34,590 nt of DNA, from positions 1 to 34,590 of the forward strand of contig JYFJ02004121.1 of NCBI GenBank assembly GCA_000934665.2, read 5' to 3'. Below, piece by piece: positions 10,667 to 22,474 of the stretch; position 1 is the first letter of the stretch, and the number at the start of each line of letters is the position of its first letter. The notes beneath the pieces are model-generated. The model saw only the letters and a list, made by a program, of their open reading frames with translations. It was not told where the DNA came from and did no database searches. The translations under genes and the position numbers were made by a program. The DNA is from Catajapyx aquilonaris (lineage: Eukaryota).

Positions 10667-11795
10667 CTAACAGCATGTAGAAGTGTTACACAATATTTCT
10701 CACTCAGAACAATATAATCACACAATGCGCATCCGGCCCTTTGATGAAGAAACCTGTCACGTCTACATATTGGCAACCATGGTGGTTATTATAATATTGC
10801 TATGGCCACTAAGGGTTTGATGTGTTTGTATGACACATGACAACCCGCATCTGCAGCACCAAGTGCATTAACAAAAATGTTCCTTTCTGATCACTCTCGA
10901 TCAAAAAATGTGCACTTATTTCATTGACACCCTGTAGGACTGTAGATACAGGTAAAGATGCTGTTCGTGCCATCCTTTAATGGAAATCGTCATTTGTGGC
11001 ACTCAATACATTTGCATTTTGGAGGGTTATGTAAAAATCAACTGAGCTTCATTTTTCAGTGTATAATACAGTAGTGTACGTACAACTCGACAAAGTCGAT
11101 CCTTGAGCAGATCCCTTAAAGTTAGTTAAAACTTTGGCATTTTGAATCACTTCTGGCACCCAAGTTCTTACCCCATCATGCAACCCATGCACACTCGATT
11201 CTTCTCACCTGATTAGGCCCATCTTCTTCCTCCCCCTCCCTGGCTGGAGGAAGCAGTGCCTGCCCGATGCCTCCCTCGGTCCTCCTCTGCTGCTGCCGCC
11301 CCACTGAGGCCACCTTCCTGGCCAGAGACCCAGAGTTGCCCTCCTCCTCCTCCTCTTCAACCTCCTGTGGCTCCTCCTTGACTAGCCTGACCCCATGGGC
11401 GCCTGACCTCCGTGGCCCTCTTCAACCTCCTCTGGCTCCTCCTTCACCAGCCTGACGCCTTCACTCCCTCCTCCACAAACCCATTGCTTTGTGGAAAGCG
11501 TGGGCTTGAAGTGGTGTGCTTGAATCCGAGCTCTTCGGCGAACCTTGTAAATTTGGACTCTTCTTCTGGTTAGAATTGTGTACCGTTGTCTGAGCGGACC
11601 TCGTCCGGTATCCCATGCCTGGAAAAGGTTTCTTTGCAGGCGCGAATGATGGCATCTGATGAGAGGCTTGTTAACTTGGTGACCTCAGGGAAACGGGAAT
11701 AGTAAGCCCTTAGAGCGGGTTGGGCGTAATGGGCTGCCATTGTCGGATGAGGCGGGCCGAAGCCGGCTCAACGGCAACGAATTCATGTGAGTCAT

Positions 11796-12541
11796 TGAAG
11801 ACACCTTGTGTCTTGTTGACGCTGTTTCTGGCCATATGTCTTATGGGTGCGTCCGGCGGGGGCCCCAGACTGGCCTGTCGCCAAAAAGCGGCAAGTAGCC
11901 GTGCGGCTGTCATGTTTTGGCCAGGGCCCAACTCCATGGCCGGGGCGTTTGCCGCCAGCGTCACTAGGTTAGGTTATCTGGGTCCCCGCAGGGCAAGCCG
12001 GTTGACCGGCCAGGCTAAGGCCTGGGACGTGTGGCCCGCCTACTTCTTCTGGGCGGACGCCAGCACGGCCGCTCCCTCAACCGGCCGTGTGACTGGTTGG
12101 TTGGTTACAATAGGTTATTTCGGACACGCTGGTCACCCAACAGGGCCGACTCTCGTAGGATGGCCCGGGTCCTGGGCGGCAGCCCTCCCAGGCATCGCTG
12201 GTGGCTGGTGACAACGCGGGACAAATTCCTGGTCTGGAAATCTCTGGTTAAAAGAGTAGGCGGTTGTTTCGATTTTGGGTAAAACGCTTCAGGTTTTTAT
12301 TATTTTGTTCTTATAGTGGCTCCACACAGGTATGGCCGGGTTCCGACCGGTTTCGCTTTAGTGGCGAAGAAGCTGATCAGGGGGTATGTTTTGGGTTGTG
12401 TGGATCATTTTTTGGGTTTTAATTTAGACAATACATCAGTGATATACAACTGCCGGCCCGCCGCGTGCACACGGACTGGCACGACAGGGAAAGCAGTCAA
12501 TCTTCAGGCAGGGTTCTCCGGGTGTGACGACTCCTCTTACA
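11796..12541. mobile_element. Possible LTR remnant
   Basis: GC-rich non-coding block ending ...CTCTTACA at 12541; TCAT precedes TG at 11796 and follows 12541. Left boundary uncertain. Confidence 0.25.
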
Positions 12542-12699
12542 TCATTTGATCATTTATGTATTAATTTATGTATTTCGATGGTAGTCTTGAGTCAAATTCA
12601 ATACACTTTGCGATCTGCATTGACTTAGATTCTATCTTTAAACTGGCATGGACAGGTTATTACCACAACTAATAAAAATATGACAACATAATTGCAATA

Positions 12700-13927
12700 T
12701 TATCCTCCCGGATATATATTTTCTTTATAGCATCCTCTTCTTGTGGAATTCTTTTTCATTATCAATTTGAATATTCCTGAGCTCCATATCAGCTGCATGG
12801 CGCTCTTTCCTGTCTTCTATCTCCGGCTCCAACAGCAAAGTCCTCTCCTTCATCTGCATTTCATGGATGGCTTTTTCTTGCTCTTTTTTTACTTGTTGTT
12901 TGCAGTATGCAATTTTTGTTGCTGTCAGGGCGGAGAGGCGGTTGGCAGCCACAGCCCGACGGGTTGGTCCAGGCTTTGTCAGGATGACGACGCCGAGTCC
13001 AGGGGTTCCTGCGGCTAGTTCTCCCTCGCACCAGCATTGTCGGTTGGTGCCACCTGGATGATATTAGTAATTATGACATTTTTAATACCTACAAATTGCA
13101 TCATTAGTTAGCACTCAATATGCAGAAACCTGTCAGCCTTATGAAACTGTGCAATGCACTTTAAGCGTACATCATATTGGCAGTTTGATTTTGCAGTGCA
13201 AATATGCAAGGTGCACAATACAAAATCATGCTATACTGCCACCTTTTACCATTGCGCTCCACAACAGCTTGGGGTACCCACATCAGGCTTACACTTACCA
13301 CATCTATGGTAAAGTATTCTTCCAGTAGGTGTGATGCTTCTAGCTGCGATGGTGTCGATTGCTGCTCTCGCATGCACATCCCACTGGTACTCTGTAAATC
13401 TGTGGGTGGAGGGGGGGGGGGGGAAATCTGTCAATTTGTATGTTTCTTTTGCAAATACACCACGCAAACAATGGTTATACATACCATCATCTGCATCATC
13501 GTCTACTAGGTTTTCATGTCCGACCGCTGTTTTCCCAAGAAGGCCCAGCACCTTTTCCGTGATACTGTCAATCTTGACAGGGTTGCTGCCACCCCCTATG
13601 GCAAGCCTCTCCCTCTTGTCATCGCCAGCCAACTTCCTCGCCATTTTCTTGAGGTCGTCGAATGCAGCCCTTAGCTGCCCTTAGCTGCTTCCACTACCTT
13701 TTTATTTCAGAGGAGGAGTTGAAATCCGCCTCCAGTTCCTTCCAGCCCTCCTCCTCCTCCCGGTTTGTCACCGCGTCGGTGGTCTTGCTCTCCAGCACGT
13801 CTTTGCACTGGATGACAAGGTCCACCAGCAAATTCTGGTCCCTCTCGCGGAACTTTGGGCCCCGCGAGATCTTCGGCCCGGTAGCCCCTTCTCCGCACCC
13901 GCCCGCAGTGGTCTTCTTGTTCGCCAT
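12700..13927 (-). pseudogene. PIF/Harbinger Myb/SANT-like (MSANTD3-type) DNA-binding protein gene, degraded
   Basis: RGPKFRERDQNLLVDLVIQCKDVLESKTTDAVTNREEEEGWKELEADFNS...LKKMARK...ERLAIGGG plus a C-terminal coiled coil (HEMQMKER); stops, a frameshift and intron remnants. Confidence 0.75.
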
Positions 13928-14289
13928 TCTCCCTTCTCCGCCCTTCTCCCTTCTCCGCCCTTCTCCTCAGCTCACGCACGAGACCTGGCTACCACACCAC
14001 TGACCACTGACTAGCATCTCACGTGGCAGATACTGGCGTGTCCTTAATGCATGTCCTCAACAGTCACAAGCTCTCTGAGCACAGAGGTAATACCTAAAAT
14101 ATGACCTGCTCACATGGGCTAAATTCTGAAGTACAATGAAACATGTATGTATGGGAAGTGCCTAGTTTGGATCTGAAAAATGTGTAACAATTTACTGGTG
14201 CGGCTTTATGTTACAGCAAAGCAAAAGCACATATGATGCACTCCTGACAATACAGATGCAAATTTCCTTGGTGTTTTTTTATTCTTACC

Positions 14290-14540
14290 AAACGCAGCTT
14301 TTGCATTGACCACATGTCGCAAGCGAGTTGATGCAGCATTGCCCGTGTAACATCCCGATGTGTTCAGTCTTATGAGTAGAAAGGCAGGTTTGGCACTGGA
14401 CCAACCACACTGCTGCCAATCCATAGATATCTTCTTTCTCGACGTCTCGGAGGCAGAGGCTTCTATCACAATTGTTGCACCACACATGTTTTGCCAACAG
14501 GCTCACGTCCACTATTCGCCTTCCTACGACAACATGGCTC
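14290..14540 (-). pseudogene. Mutator-like transposase N-terminal zinc-binding region (possibly Kolobok-related)
   Basis: GRRIVDVSLLAKHVWCNNCDRSLCLRDVEKEDIYGLAAVWLVQCQTC, then VNAKAAFG in another frame: GRRIVD..CxxC..E..GL..CxxC..VN pattern. Confidence 0.6.
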
Positions 14541-16511
14541 GAAGTTTCCTCGGCGTCTTCCTCTTCTTCCCCAGTGCTTCCTCTTGCTTCTGTCGTGCAG
14601 CAACTGCCTTCAGTCGCCGCAGGAAATTTTTGGGTCAAAAATTGGACCTTTTTTTGCCCTGTCGGCGCCATGACCATTTTGTGCCTAAGATTCACAAGAA
14701 AAGGTTGGTGATTGTTGAGGTTGATTGTGCACGTAATATGTGACGGGCCTTCACCTGCTCCAAATTGCAATCGATAATGTGGTAGCATATAATTACTATA
14801 GAGAGCTAATAATTACACATGGTGTGACAAAAATGTACAATGACTCCTGAGACGTACCCCAGTTGCATGAAATACATGTCTATAATACAGTAATAATAAT
14901 GTGTTACCCTCAAACAGGGTGCTCGACACCACTCTTTTAGCAGCATATATTTGCCCTTCTTGTCATGCAGACCAAACCTGAAGCCGTCACTGGGCTGGCC
15001 CCGGTGACCTCCGTGGCTGGGGTCGGGGTGGGGTTTTCTCTATGGTGGCTATGCTACTGCCGCCACTGACGGTGGCGCTGTTCAACGAGGCGTTGCCATT
15101 GGCCCCCCCGCTGCCGCTACTGGCGCCGGCGCTGGTCGGGCTGGCCAGCCCGATAGTTCCTGTTCGCCCTGTATAACGTAGAAATTTAAAAATTGAAATG
15201 ACTAAACGTCATCTGAGCCGGTATACCCGCAAATCTACGTCCATCGATACACTCATGATTCACTCATTACGCCCGCGGTACAACAATCTGCCCATGCCAG
15301 AAGGCGGCAATATTTATGTTGGAAAGGAGATGGTCCTAAGAAGCCTACCCTTGGGTGTACTGCACTGTCCTCCTCGATTGTTCCATTGCTCTGGACCAAA
15401 TGAAGACATGGGGCACAGATCCGTACACACACAGCCCCACCACGATTCGCCAAGCCATGTCTGAGAACGTGAGGATCTCAACGATGTCCAAATGACAGTC
15501 ACCCAGCAGTCACCATCATGTAAACAAATAAAAAGCCCTCCACGTTATGGCGGGAGTGTAAATCGGGAGACGTTTTGAACACACACAAAGGGCCCCAGTG
15601 TTCCGCGTCATATCCAACGAGTTGGCTAGCAATTAATGGGGAGAAAGTTATAACCTGACAACTGGCAGCCGAAAAGTGTCCCCCCCGCACATCGGGCCAT
15701 TTCAAAGAATTAATGGGTACATAGTTTGCGTGAAACAAACGGTATTAATTCCAGTTAATTACAAATCAATAAATCAAATAGGTACACACAGTCAGTATAC
15801 TCAACATTACTTTCATATAATTATCATATCGTGGACATACTAGGTTCAATCCAATTACTCGTTAATTTCAAATCAGTCGCCAGATAAAGTCCTCCTATAA
15901 TGCATTAATTTGCACGTAAACGAGTTAGTGGTTTGAATTTCTCTAATACGTCTCCGACGTTTCCGTATGAAAACTGAAAACAAATTGCGAGAGGGAAACC
16001 TTATCAACTGTACTGTACCTCAGATAGGAAAAAAAACGGAACCTTTATGACAAGTTCAGAAATGTGAAAAAACAATGACGTTTGTCTGAATAAAATACGA
16101 CTTCTGGACTCATGAATTTGTTTACACAAATGTCCAGAGATAGCTGTATCTGGATATTAATTTTTTTTAAATGAAGAAATTTCAATCCTAACTGGTGACG
16201 TGGGGTATTTTTTTTGTAATCCAAGCCTTACGAGAATTAACTGTGTCAAGTTACTGATCTAAATATCGGTGAAGCTCCTATGTTGTAGAGCAAGGCATGT
16301 ATTTTGTGAAGAGTGATATTTTTTGAGCCATGGTGTTTGCAGAAAGCCTTCAATTATTCCGGAAGTAAAACTGTTTCGAGGATTTTCTAGCATAGAATAC
16401 AAATCGTTATGCTCGGAACGTAATGACAAATGCATGTTCCAAGAATAACGATCAGAATACTTTCATCCAAATCCCCATATAATATTATTTGCATTTTATT
16501 TTATGTGAAGT

Positions 16512-16542
16512 GGGGTAAGTGCACACCCGGGGTAAGTGCACA
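16512..16542 (+). repeat. Tandem 14-bp repeat GGGGTAAGTGCACA x2, possible pogo/Tc1-like TIR remnant
   Basis: Exact copies at 16512-16525 and 16529-16542; TIR assignment is inference. Confidence 0.45.
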
Positions 16543-18522
16543 TATTGTGCCGCCATATTGGATTGAAAATGGCTGACGACACCAAAACGCGTCAGGTCTG
16601 TGTATCATACAGCACAGAAAATTACCTGATAACTATTCCTCAATCAGCATCAGTCTTTCCACCTCCACCCCTTCATGTACCGCAGAGATATCGCACACAC
16701 CGCCAATGCTGTACAGGATCAGCTGGTTTTCAGGCGGATTAACTAGCCCATAAGAGCTCTTAAGCCCCCCGTCATTCCAGTTGCGGTCATCACGGGGGCC
16801 GCGAGGCCCCCAGTCATGCCATAATCGCTCATCACGCCCAACCCCTATCTAACCGCCGTCCATGTGGACGAGGGCCCCGTACAGGCTACCGACCCCCGGG
16901 GGGAGGGCCGAAGCCCAAGTCCCCAGGGGATTTCACAGACACGGGGTCCTCAGCCGAACCACAGCCAATCGGGGAGGAGGCCTCCCAAGTTCCTGCCCAG
17001 GGCGGCAGGACCAGCGCCCCGCCACCCCGAGCCATCCGTCGGTCAGCTCCCCGGTGCCATCATTGACCGGAAGAATCCGGGCCGGGGACGTAGGGCCGAT
17101 TTGTCCGGGGAGACGGGCCACTCGCAAGCGAGAGAATCACCCGCCCCCCGGGCCACAGCCCCCGCCACCCCAGCCCGGAGCCCCGGTCCTCCCTTCACAG
17201 GCACACCAGCCGTACAAGAGTCGGACCCAGGGGGCCCCGGTCCGAGGACGTGGGACAAGCCCACCATCTCGGCCGGTAGCCACCCCAGATCGCCCGTGCA
17301 TCGGGCTCCCCTCCTTACACTCTCAATGGAGAGAGGCCGGTCGGACCCGCAGAGGTTCAGCGACCGGCCTCCGGCGCTCCCTTGACCGGCGAGCACTCCC
17401 GCGCGGGGGGGGGGGGNGGGGGGGGGGGGAATCCCCAGCCAGGGGGGGCCGATCGCCCCACCCAGGCCGGGCCCCCCGCCCAGCAGCCCCGGTCCGCCCT
17501 CCTAGCGCCCAGACCGAACTGACTCTGGACCAGGGCGTCCAGCCGGGGCCCAAGACCAAACCCAGGGCCGGAGGGATCCCACGCATACAGGTTTCCCGAC
17601 ACCAGGCCAATCCAGGCCCCAGCCGGCTGTCCCGGTCCGCACTTACGTCGGCTGCCCCGCCGGACAGGGCCCTAGTGGTCTCCACCCAAGGAGGTCGCCA
17701 CCGGGCCCGCCGTCCGCTGGCGTTTAAGCCTATCGTGCTTATACATGTATTTACAGATTGGAGGCCGCCCGCTCCGCCGACCCGGCCGCCGTCCTGGGGC
17801 ATCCCCCGATCAGGCAGCCGGACAGGCATCGCCCACTGCGTGCGACGGCTCCGATTGTTACGTCCGGGTGTGTGCCACCCCAGCCCCGCCAGGAGGAGCT
17901 CCGGACCGATGTCCATCACCGCTCCCCAGCGGGGCCGGGGCTGCAATCGTTAATCAGAGAATTTGTGGGTGCGCCGCAGGAGAGGTCGCGAGGGCCCCCC
18001 CCCGCCCAGGGCCACCGGTCTTCGCGTAAGTCGAGCGGTGACGCCGGTCGTTCTGTTCCACCGCCCGAACCCTATGGAGGGGGACAGCCGCTACTAACCG
18101 GCAGCCCCGAGCAGGCGGGCCCGCGGCCCACCCGCGCCGCCTCAAGTCATGTCCGGGTGAGTCGCCACCCGCCGTCCTCTAGGGGACACAGGCCGAGGCC
18201 TGGCGGTCCCCGGAGTTGGCAGGGGCCGTACGTCGGGGAGAGCCGACCCACGGGGCAGCAGGCCCGAAGTTGGGGGCCAGAGCATCCCGCGAAACCACAG
18301 GCGGTGACGCCGACGCCCGTGCGTCGTCGGTCGTTCTGTTCCACCGCCCGAGCCCTATGGTGGGGGCCTTCCGCGCGGAAGCCGTCAGCCCCGTCCCGCA
18401 GGCCCGCGTTCCCGCCGGCCATTGCCTCCCCGATCACGGGGCGCGCCCGAGAGGGTCCACCCGGGCTCCAGGCCTGCGCCCTTCTGCACCCCAGTGGTCC
18501 CTCGTCGGGGGCCCCCCCTGTC

Positions 18523-19645
18523 CTACGGGCCACCCGCGTTGGGGTCCCGCGGGGCTCCAGGCCTACGCCCTTCTGCACCCCGCAGGTCCCCGCGAGAGCG
18601 GCCCCCTTCATCATCGGTGCTGCTAGCGCTCTGGGAAGAGCTGGCCCCGGACCGGTGCGGCCGCGTTGACGGGTCGTCGCCCCGCCTCCGCCGCGCCGCC
18701 CGTGTCTCGGGCCCCTCGCCCAGATCCCAGCGTTCTCCCATGTCTGAGCTCATGCCCGACCATTCCGTTTCTTCACCACTCTCGCTCCCGTCCCGGGACC
18801 CCTCAGTCGACGAGGGTGGCAATCCGACGTCCCCGCCGGAGAGCTCCTTGTTGGCTTCCCGGAGGTACCGGTCCGCGGCGAGGCAGAAACTATTGAAGGC
18901 CGCCATAGCCGTCGTAAGCATAGCAGCAGGCTTGCACGGCCACCCCAGGCCAACCGCCTTGACATCCTCTTTGAGTTGGCGTCGCGCCTCCTCTATGTCT
19001 GAGATGGAACAGGACCATAGTATGTGGCCCGCGGTCTGGTCCCCCCCGCCACAGGGGCACGCCGCGCTCCATTGCGCCCTCCTCACTCCGTGCTAGGAGA
19101 GAAAGGCCCGGTAGGGCCCATGCCCCGAGACGAGGCGAGCCACGTGCCCATGTATATGCCGTCCCGTATGCACGTCGGGGAGGAAGTCGCGGTGGGTCCT
19201 TCTGCTGTTCTGTTCCCATTCGGCTTGCCATTACATAATGCTCTCAAGCCGCACCTCTTTCTTAACTTCCGCTCGAGGAATCGGAAGCCGGAGCCGGTCG
19301 TCGCCGGGCCCGGCAGCCTGCCTCGCCTCAGCGTCCGCCTTCTCATTGCCCGGTATGCCGACGTGCGCCTTGACCCAGTAGAGGACGAACCTCAGGCCCT
19401 GGGCCTCGCGCATCCGGGCCCTCACCCGGACCACTCTGGAGTCGAGCGAGTCCGGGCTTGCCAAGACCTGCAGGGCTGACATCGAGTCCGAGGCCACGCC
19501 CACGGCGGGCCCCGGAAGGGCAGGGTGGTCAATGGCCCAATCGATCGCCTGCAGGATCATGTGCAGTTCAGCGTCGAAAATGCCTGTTCCCCGTGCGAAT
19601 GAGCACGTCCGGGTGAGGAGTGCAAGCCCTGAGGGGTCCGTCACG
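18523..19645 (-). pseudogene. ORF2 RNase H domain and C-terminal CCHC finger
   Basis: IFDAELHMILQAI, SDSMSALQ, YWVKAHVGIPGNEKADAEAR, VSGHGPY, CPCGGGDQTAGHILWSC; internal stops; YTDGS strand absent. Confidence 0.88.
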
Positions 19646-19654
19646 GGTAGGTCA

Positions 19655-20749
19655 CGCCAGGGGTAGGTCGTCAGGGCCAGCCGCCTTGTGGGGCGACATG
19701 GCTCGTACCACCTCCTCCAACTCGCAACGCCCGAAACTCGGAAAGGGGTCGGCAAGAACCGTCCCCGAGAAGTCCCTGGCCGCCCAAGACCCATCGTCCG
19801 CCGGGAAGTACTTAGCCGCTGGCGCAGCATCGACCTCCCGGACGGATTGACCCGGTCCTTCGCCCGGTCGGATCTCAATGCGCCTCCCGAACTCGCTCCT
19901 AAGGATCTTGTATGGCAATGAGAACGGATCGGAATCCGATCTCTTTTCGCAGTAGCGCCTCCAGCTGTCCCTTTTATGCTCTCGCAAGCCGTGAGTGTAC
20001 TCGTTCCGAGCCTTTCGGAGCCGCTCGAGTTGGACCTTAGCCCGTTCCGGGGGGCCGCCACGGGAGGATTGCCATGCCTTCCGTGCCGCGCGAACCCTCC
20101 GGCGGGCCGTGGTCAACTCCGCGGTCCACTCCCATGTCGGTGCTTTAGCGAGCTTCCGCCTGGGGATCCAGGCGGTTGCCGCGTCCACACAAGCTACCTG
20201 GAATGCCTCCGCGGCCGTTGCCCCGGCACCCGGGCCATCTTCCAGCAGCGAGTTGCCGCTTTCCGACGCCCAGGCCGTAAGCTGGTCGCGAAAGGCCCCC
20301 CACCGGGCCCGCGCGAGGCACCAGCGGAGGGGTTGCTCAGGGGCTGTCAGACCTATGAGGGAGAAGGCGATTATGGCGTGGTCGTCCTCCGCCTCCTCCG
20401 CGATCCTCCAGTCCCCGACATGGAGACCCCTAGTGAATGTGAGGTCCACCCAGCTATGGCGACCAGAGGTCTGACCAAAAGTGGGGGCACTCAGCGGATC
20501 GTTAGCCAAGTCGAGGTCCCGTAGGGTCATCCACTCCTCGATCTGTGTGCCTCTCTCGTTCGTCTCTTTGTCACCCCAGCAGTGTGACCTGGCGTTGAAG
20601 TCCCCCAGGATGACGACGGGGAGCCGCGTGGCCAGGTGGGCGTCCACTCGCGAGAGATGGACACCCAACTTGGATTTGGGTTCCGAGTACAGGTTCAGGA
20701 GCAGGAATTCCCGCTCCGTCCCACTGACACTGTACACCCCCAAGTTCAC
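19655..20749 (-). pseudogene. ORF2 apurinic endonuclease domain and linker, N-terminally truncated, ending at the RT start
   Basis: NLYSEP, VILGDFNARSHCWG, TNERG, APTF, SWVDLTF, DDHAIIAF, then SPHKAAGPDDLP followed by a stop. Confidence 0.9.
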
Positions 20750-22474
20750 GTCCTTGCACAGCACGCAAGTGGGCACCCCACTCTTGTACTGGCATTGCCA
20801 GGACCCGTGCGCCCCGGCACAGAAGCCACACCGAGGTGCGGCCCGGCACGGGCGGCCCCTGTTGGATTGGGCCGAGTGCCCGAAGGCACTGCATCGGAAG
20901 CATCGGTCCGGGATCGCTTCCACCCGGCAGGAGACCAGGTCCACGACCAGGCTCCCTTCGGAGGTCAACGCGAGGTACAGGGCTGGCGACAGCTCCAGCC
21001 GCCAATTCACCCTCGTCCCCTTCTGGCAAGGCCGCGACGACACCGCCCGAAGGTGGCTCGCCAACGGCAAGAAGAGGGCAAAGCTGCAGCAGAGCCGCAA
21101 CAAGGGAATCTGGCGTGTGGCCCGGGCGCACGCCAGTCAGGAGAGCGGGTGTGAAACCACCCCTCTGGCTGGTACGAACTTTAACACCCTCGTGGGAGGA
21201 TAGGGCCACCTCCATCGCCTCCCTCTGAGCCGCCGACCGGCTCGCGACCCGGTAACCAGTTCCGTCCTTTCCGATGGCCCGAAAGCCGCCCTCCAGGACC
21301 TGGCTGGGCAACGCGGCCCGCAACACCTCCGTCGCGCCCACCACATCCGTGGCTTCAGCTATGGAAATGGAGCAGACGTGCCCCTGGCTGGGAAGGCCTC
21401 CTCTAGGGAGGGGACCTCCGCCAGTGCGCGCTCCTCGTACGGTGGTGGCGGCGTCGATGGATCCGCCGCCACCTTCTGCAGGGGGCCCCTCTTTGGGGCC
21501 GCCTTCTTTGGGCGTCCAGCCTAGGCCGTCACCGTAGCGAACGAGGCCCCTGGCGCATCGGGCACTCGCCCGGCGCGTCCGCCCTCGCCCGCCACAGTAG
21601 CAGCCTCGGTCCTGTCGGTCGCCGTCGCCTTCCCCGACAGGAGCCGGCGTGCCTTCTCCTTCTCGAGGGCCACCTCAGCTTTGGCCTGTAGGGCCTCCGC
21701 CTTGGCCACCCTCGCGTCACTAGCCTCGAGCTCCCGCGCTCGCTCCAGCCGCTCGGTTCGGCAGACCAGTAGCGTGACCAGTTCCCTGACCTGGGTCACC
21801 GCCTGCCGCACGTCGGCCTGGTCCCCCTTCGTCACTGATATCTTGCTATGGTGCTCCTTGGACACCGCAGCCAGGATGATCTCCAGGTTACGGTTGAGGT
21901 CCAAAAGAGTCTCTGCAAGACCCAGGCTTTCCTTGACAGCCCCGGGGGACCCTGCGTCCCCCTGGGTATCGGGTGCTCTTGGCGATTGGTCCGAAGACCT
22001 CGCTCCATGACCGCGGCTCTTAGACCGGGCACCGTTTCCAGCCTTCTGGGCCGTCGTGTCCGCGCGCCGCTGGCGGAGCCCCTCCCTCTCGGACTCCGCC
22101 TCACTCCCACCTGCCGACGCACTGTGTCCATCCTTCACTTCGCCCTCCAATAAGGGTCCCGTGACACTCTCTGCGGCCTGCTGCGCTCCGGACCCGTCAC
22201 TGCCACTCGACTCTACGACGGCACCTCTGGCAGCACTTCGCACTGGTCGCTTTCGTCCGCCCACCACCGAATCAGAGTCCGTGCCGCTCTTCCGGTCCTC
22301 GGTGGCGTCGATCGCCAGTTTCTTCTTCCGTTGCCGCGCCCGTAGCGCCCTGGCTTCCGCTAGCTCTGCATCTGCTTTCGCGGCCGCCTTCTTGGCCGTC
22401 CGCGCCTTCGTCACCTTCGCCATGAGTCTCCTGCGCCTGAGCTCATAGGCCGACTCGTCCTGCCTTTGGCGCAT
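20750..22474 (-). pseudogene. ORF1 (Gag-like nucleic-acid-binding protein) of the non-LTR element
   Basis: Basic/coiled-coil N-terminus, ASFATV motif, then RCFRCSAFGH...CGFCAGAHGSWQC...CVLCK zinc knuckles; broken by stops and frameshifts. Confidence 0.85.

Noticed and set aside
11160..11455. Possible LINE ORF1-end/endonuclease start (SSVHGLHDG)
   Set aside because: Too short and low-complexity to support a family call.
11650..11720. Hammerhead-like CTGATGA-GAGG...CCTC-AGG-GAAAC
   Set aside because: Three extra bases precede GAAA, stem III has a mismatch at its base and stem I barely pairs; likely chance or too degraded to call.
11962..11980. TAGGTTAGGTTA as telomeric TTAGG repeat
   Set aside because: Only about two units and not adjacent to the R1-like element, so no support for SART/TRAS-type targeting.
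14960..15640. Exon-like GC-rich pieces of a possible host gene
   Set aside because: Splice-like signals exist, but I could not build a consistent frame or recognise a protein.
16862..19479. Long plus-strand Pro/Arg/Gly-rich ORFs (363, 303, 224 aa)
   Set aside because: Expected by-products of very high GC content antisense to the retroelement; no domains recognised.
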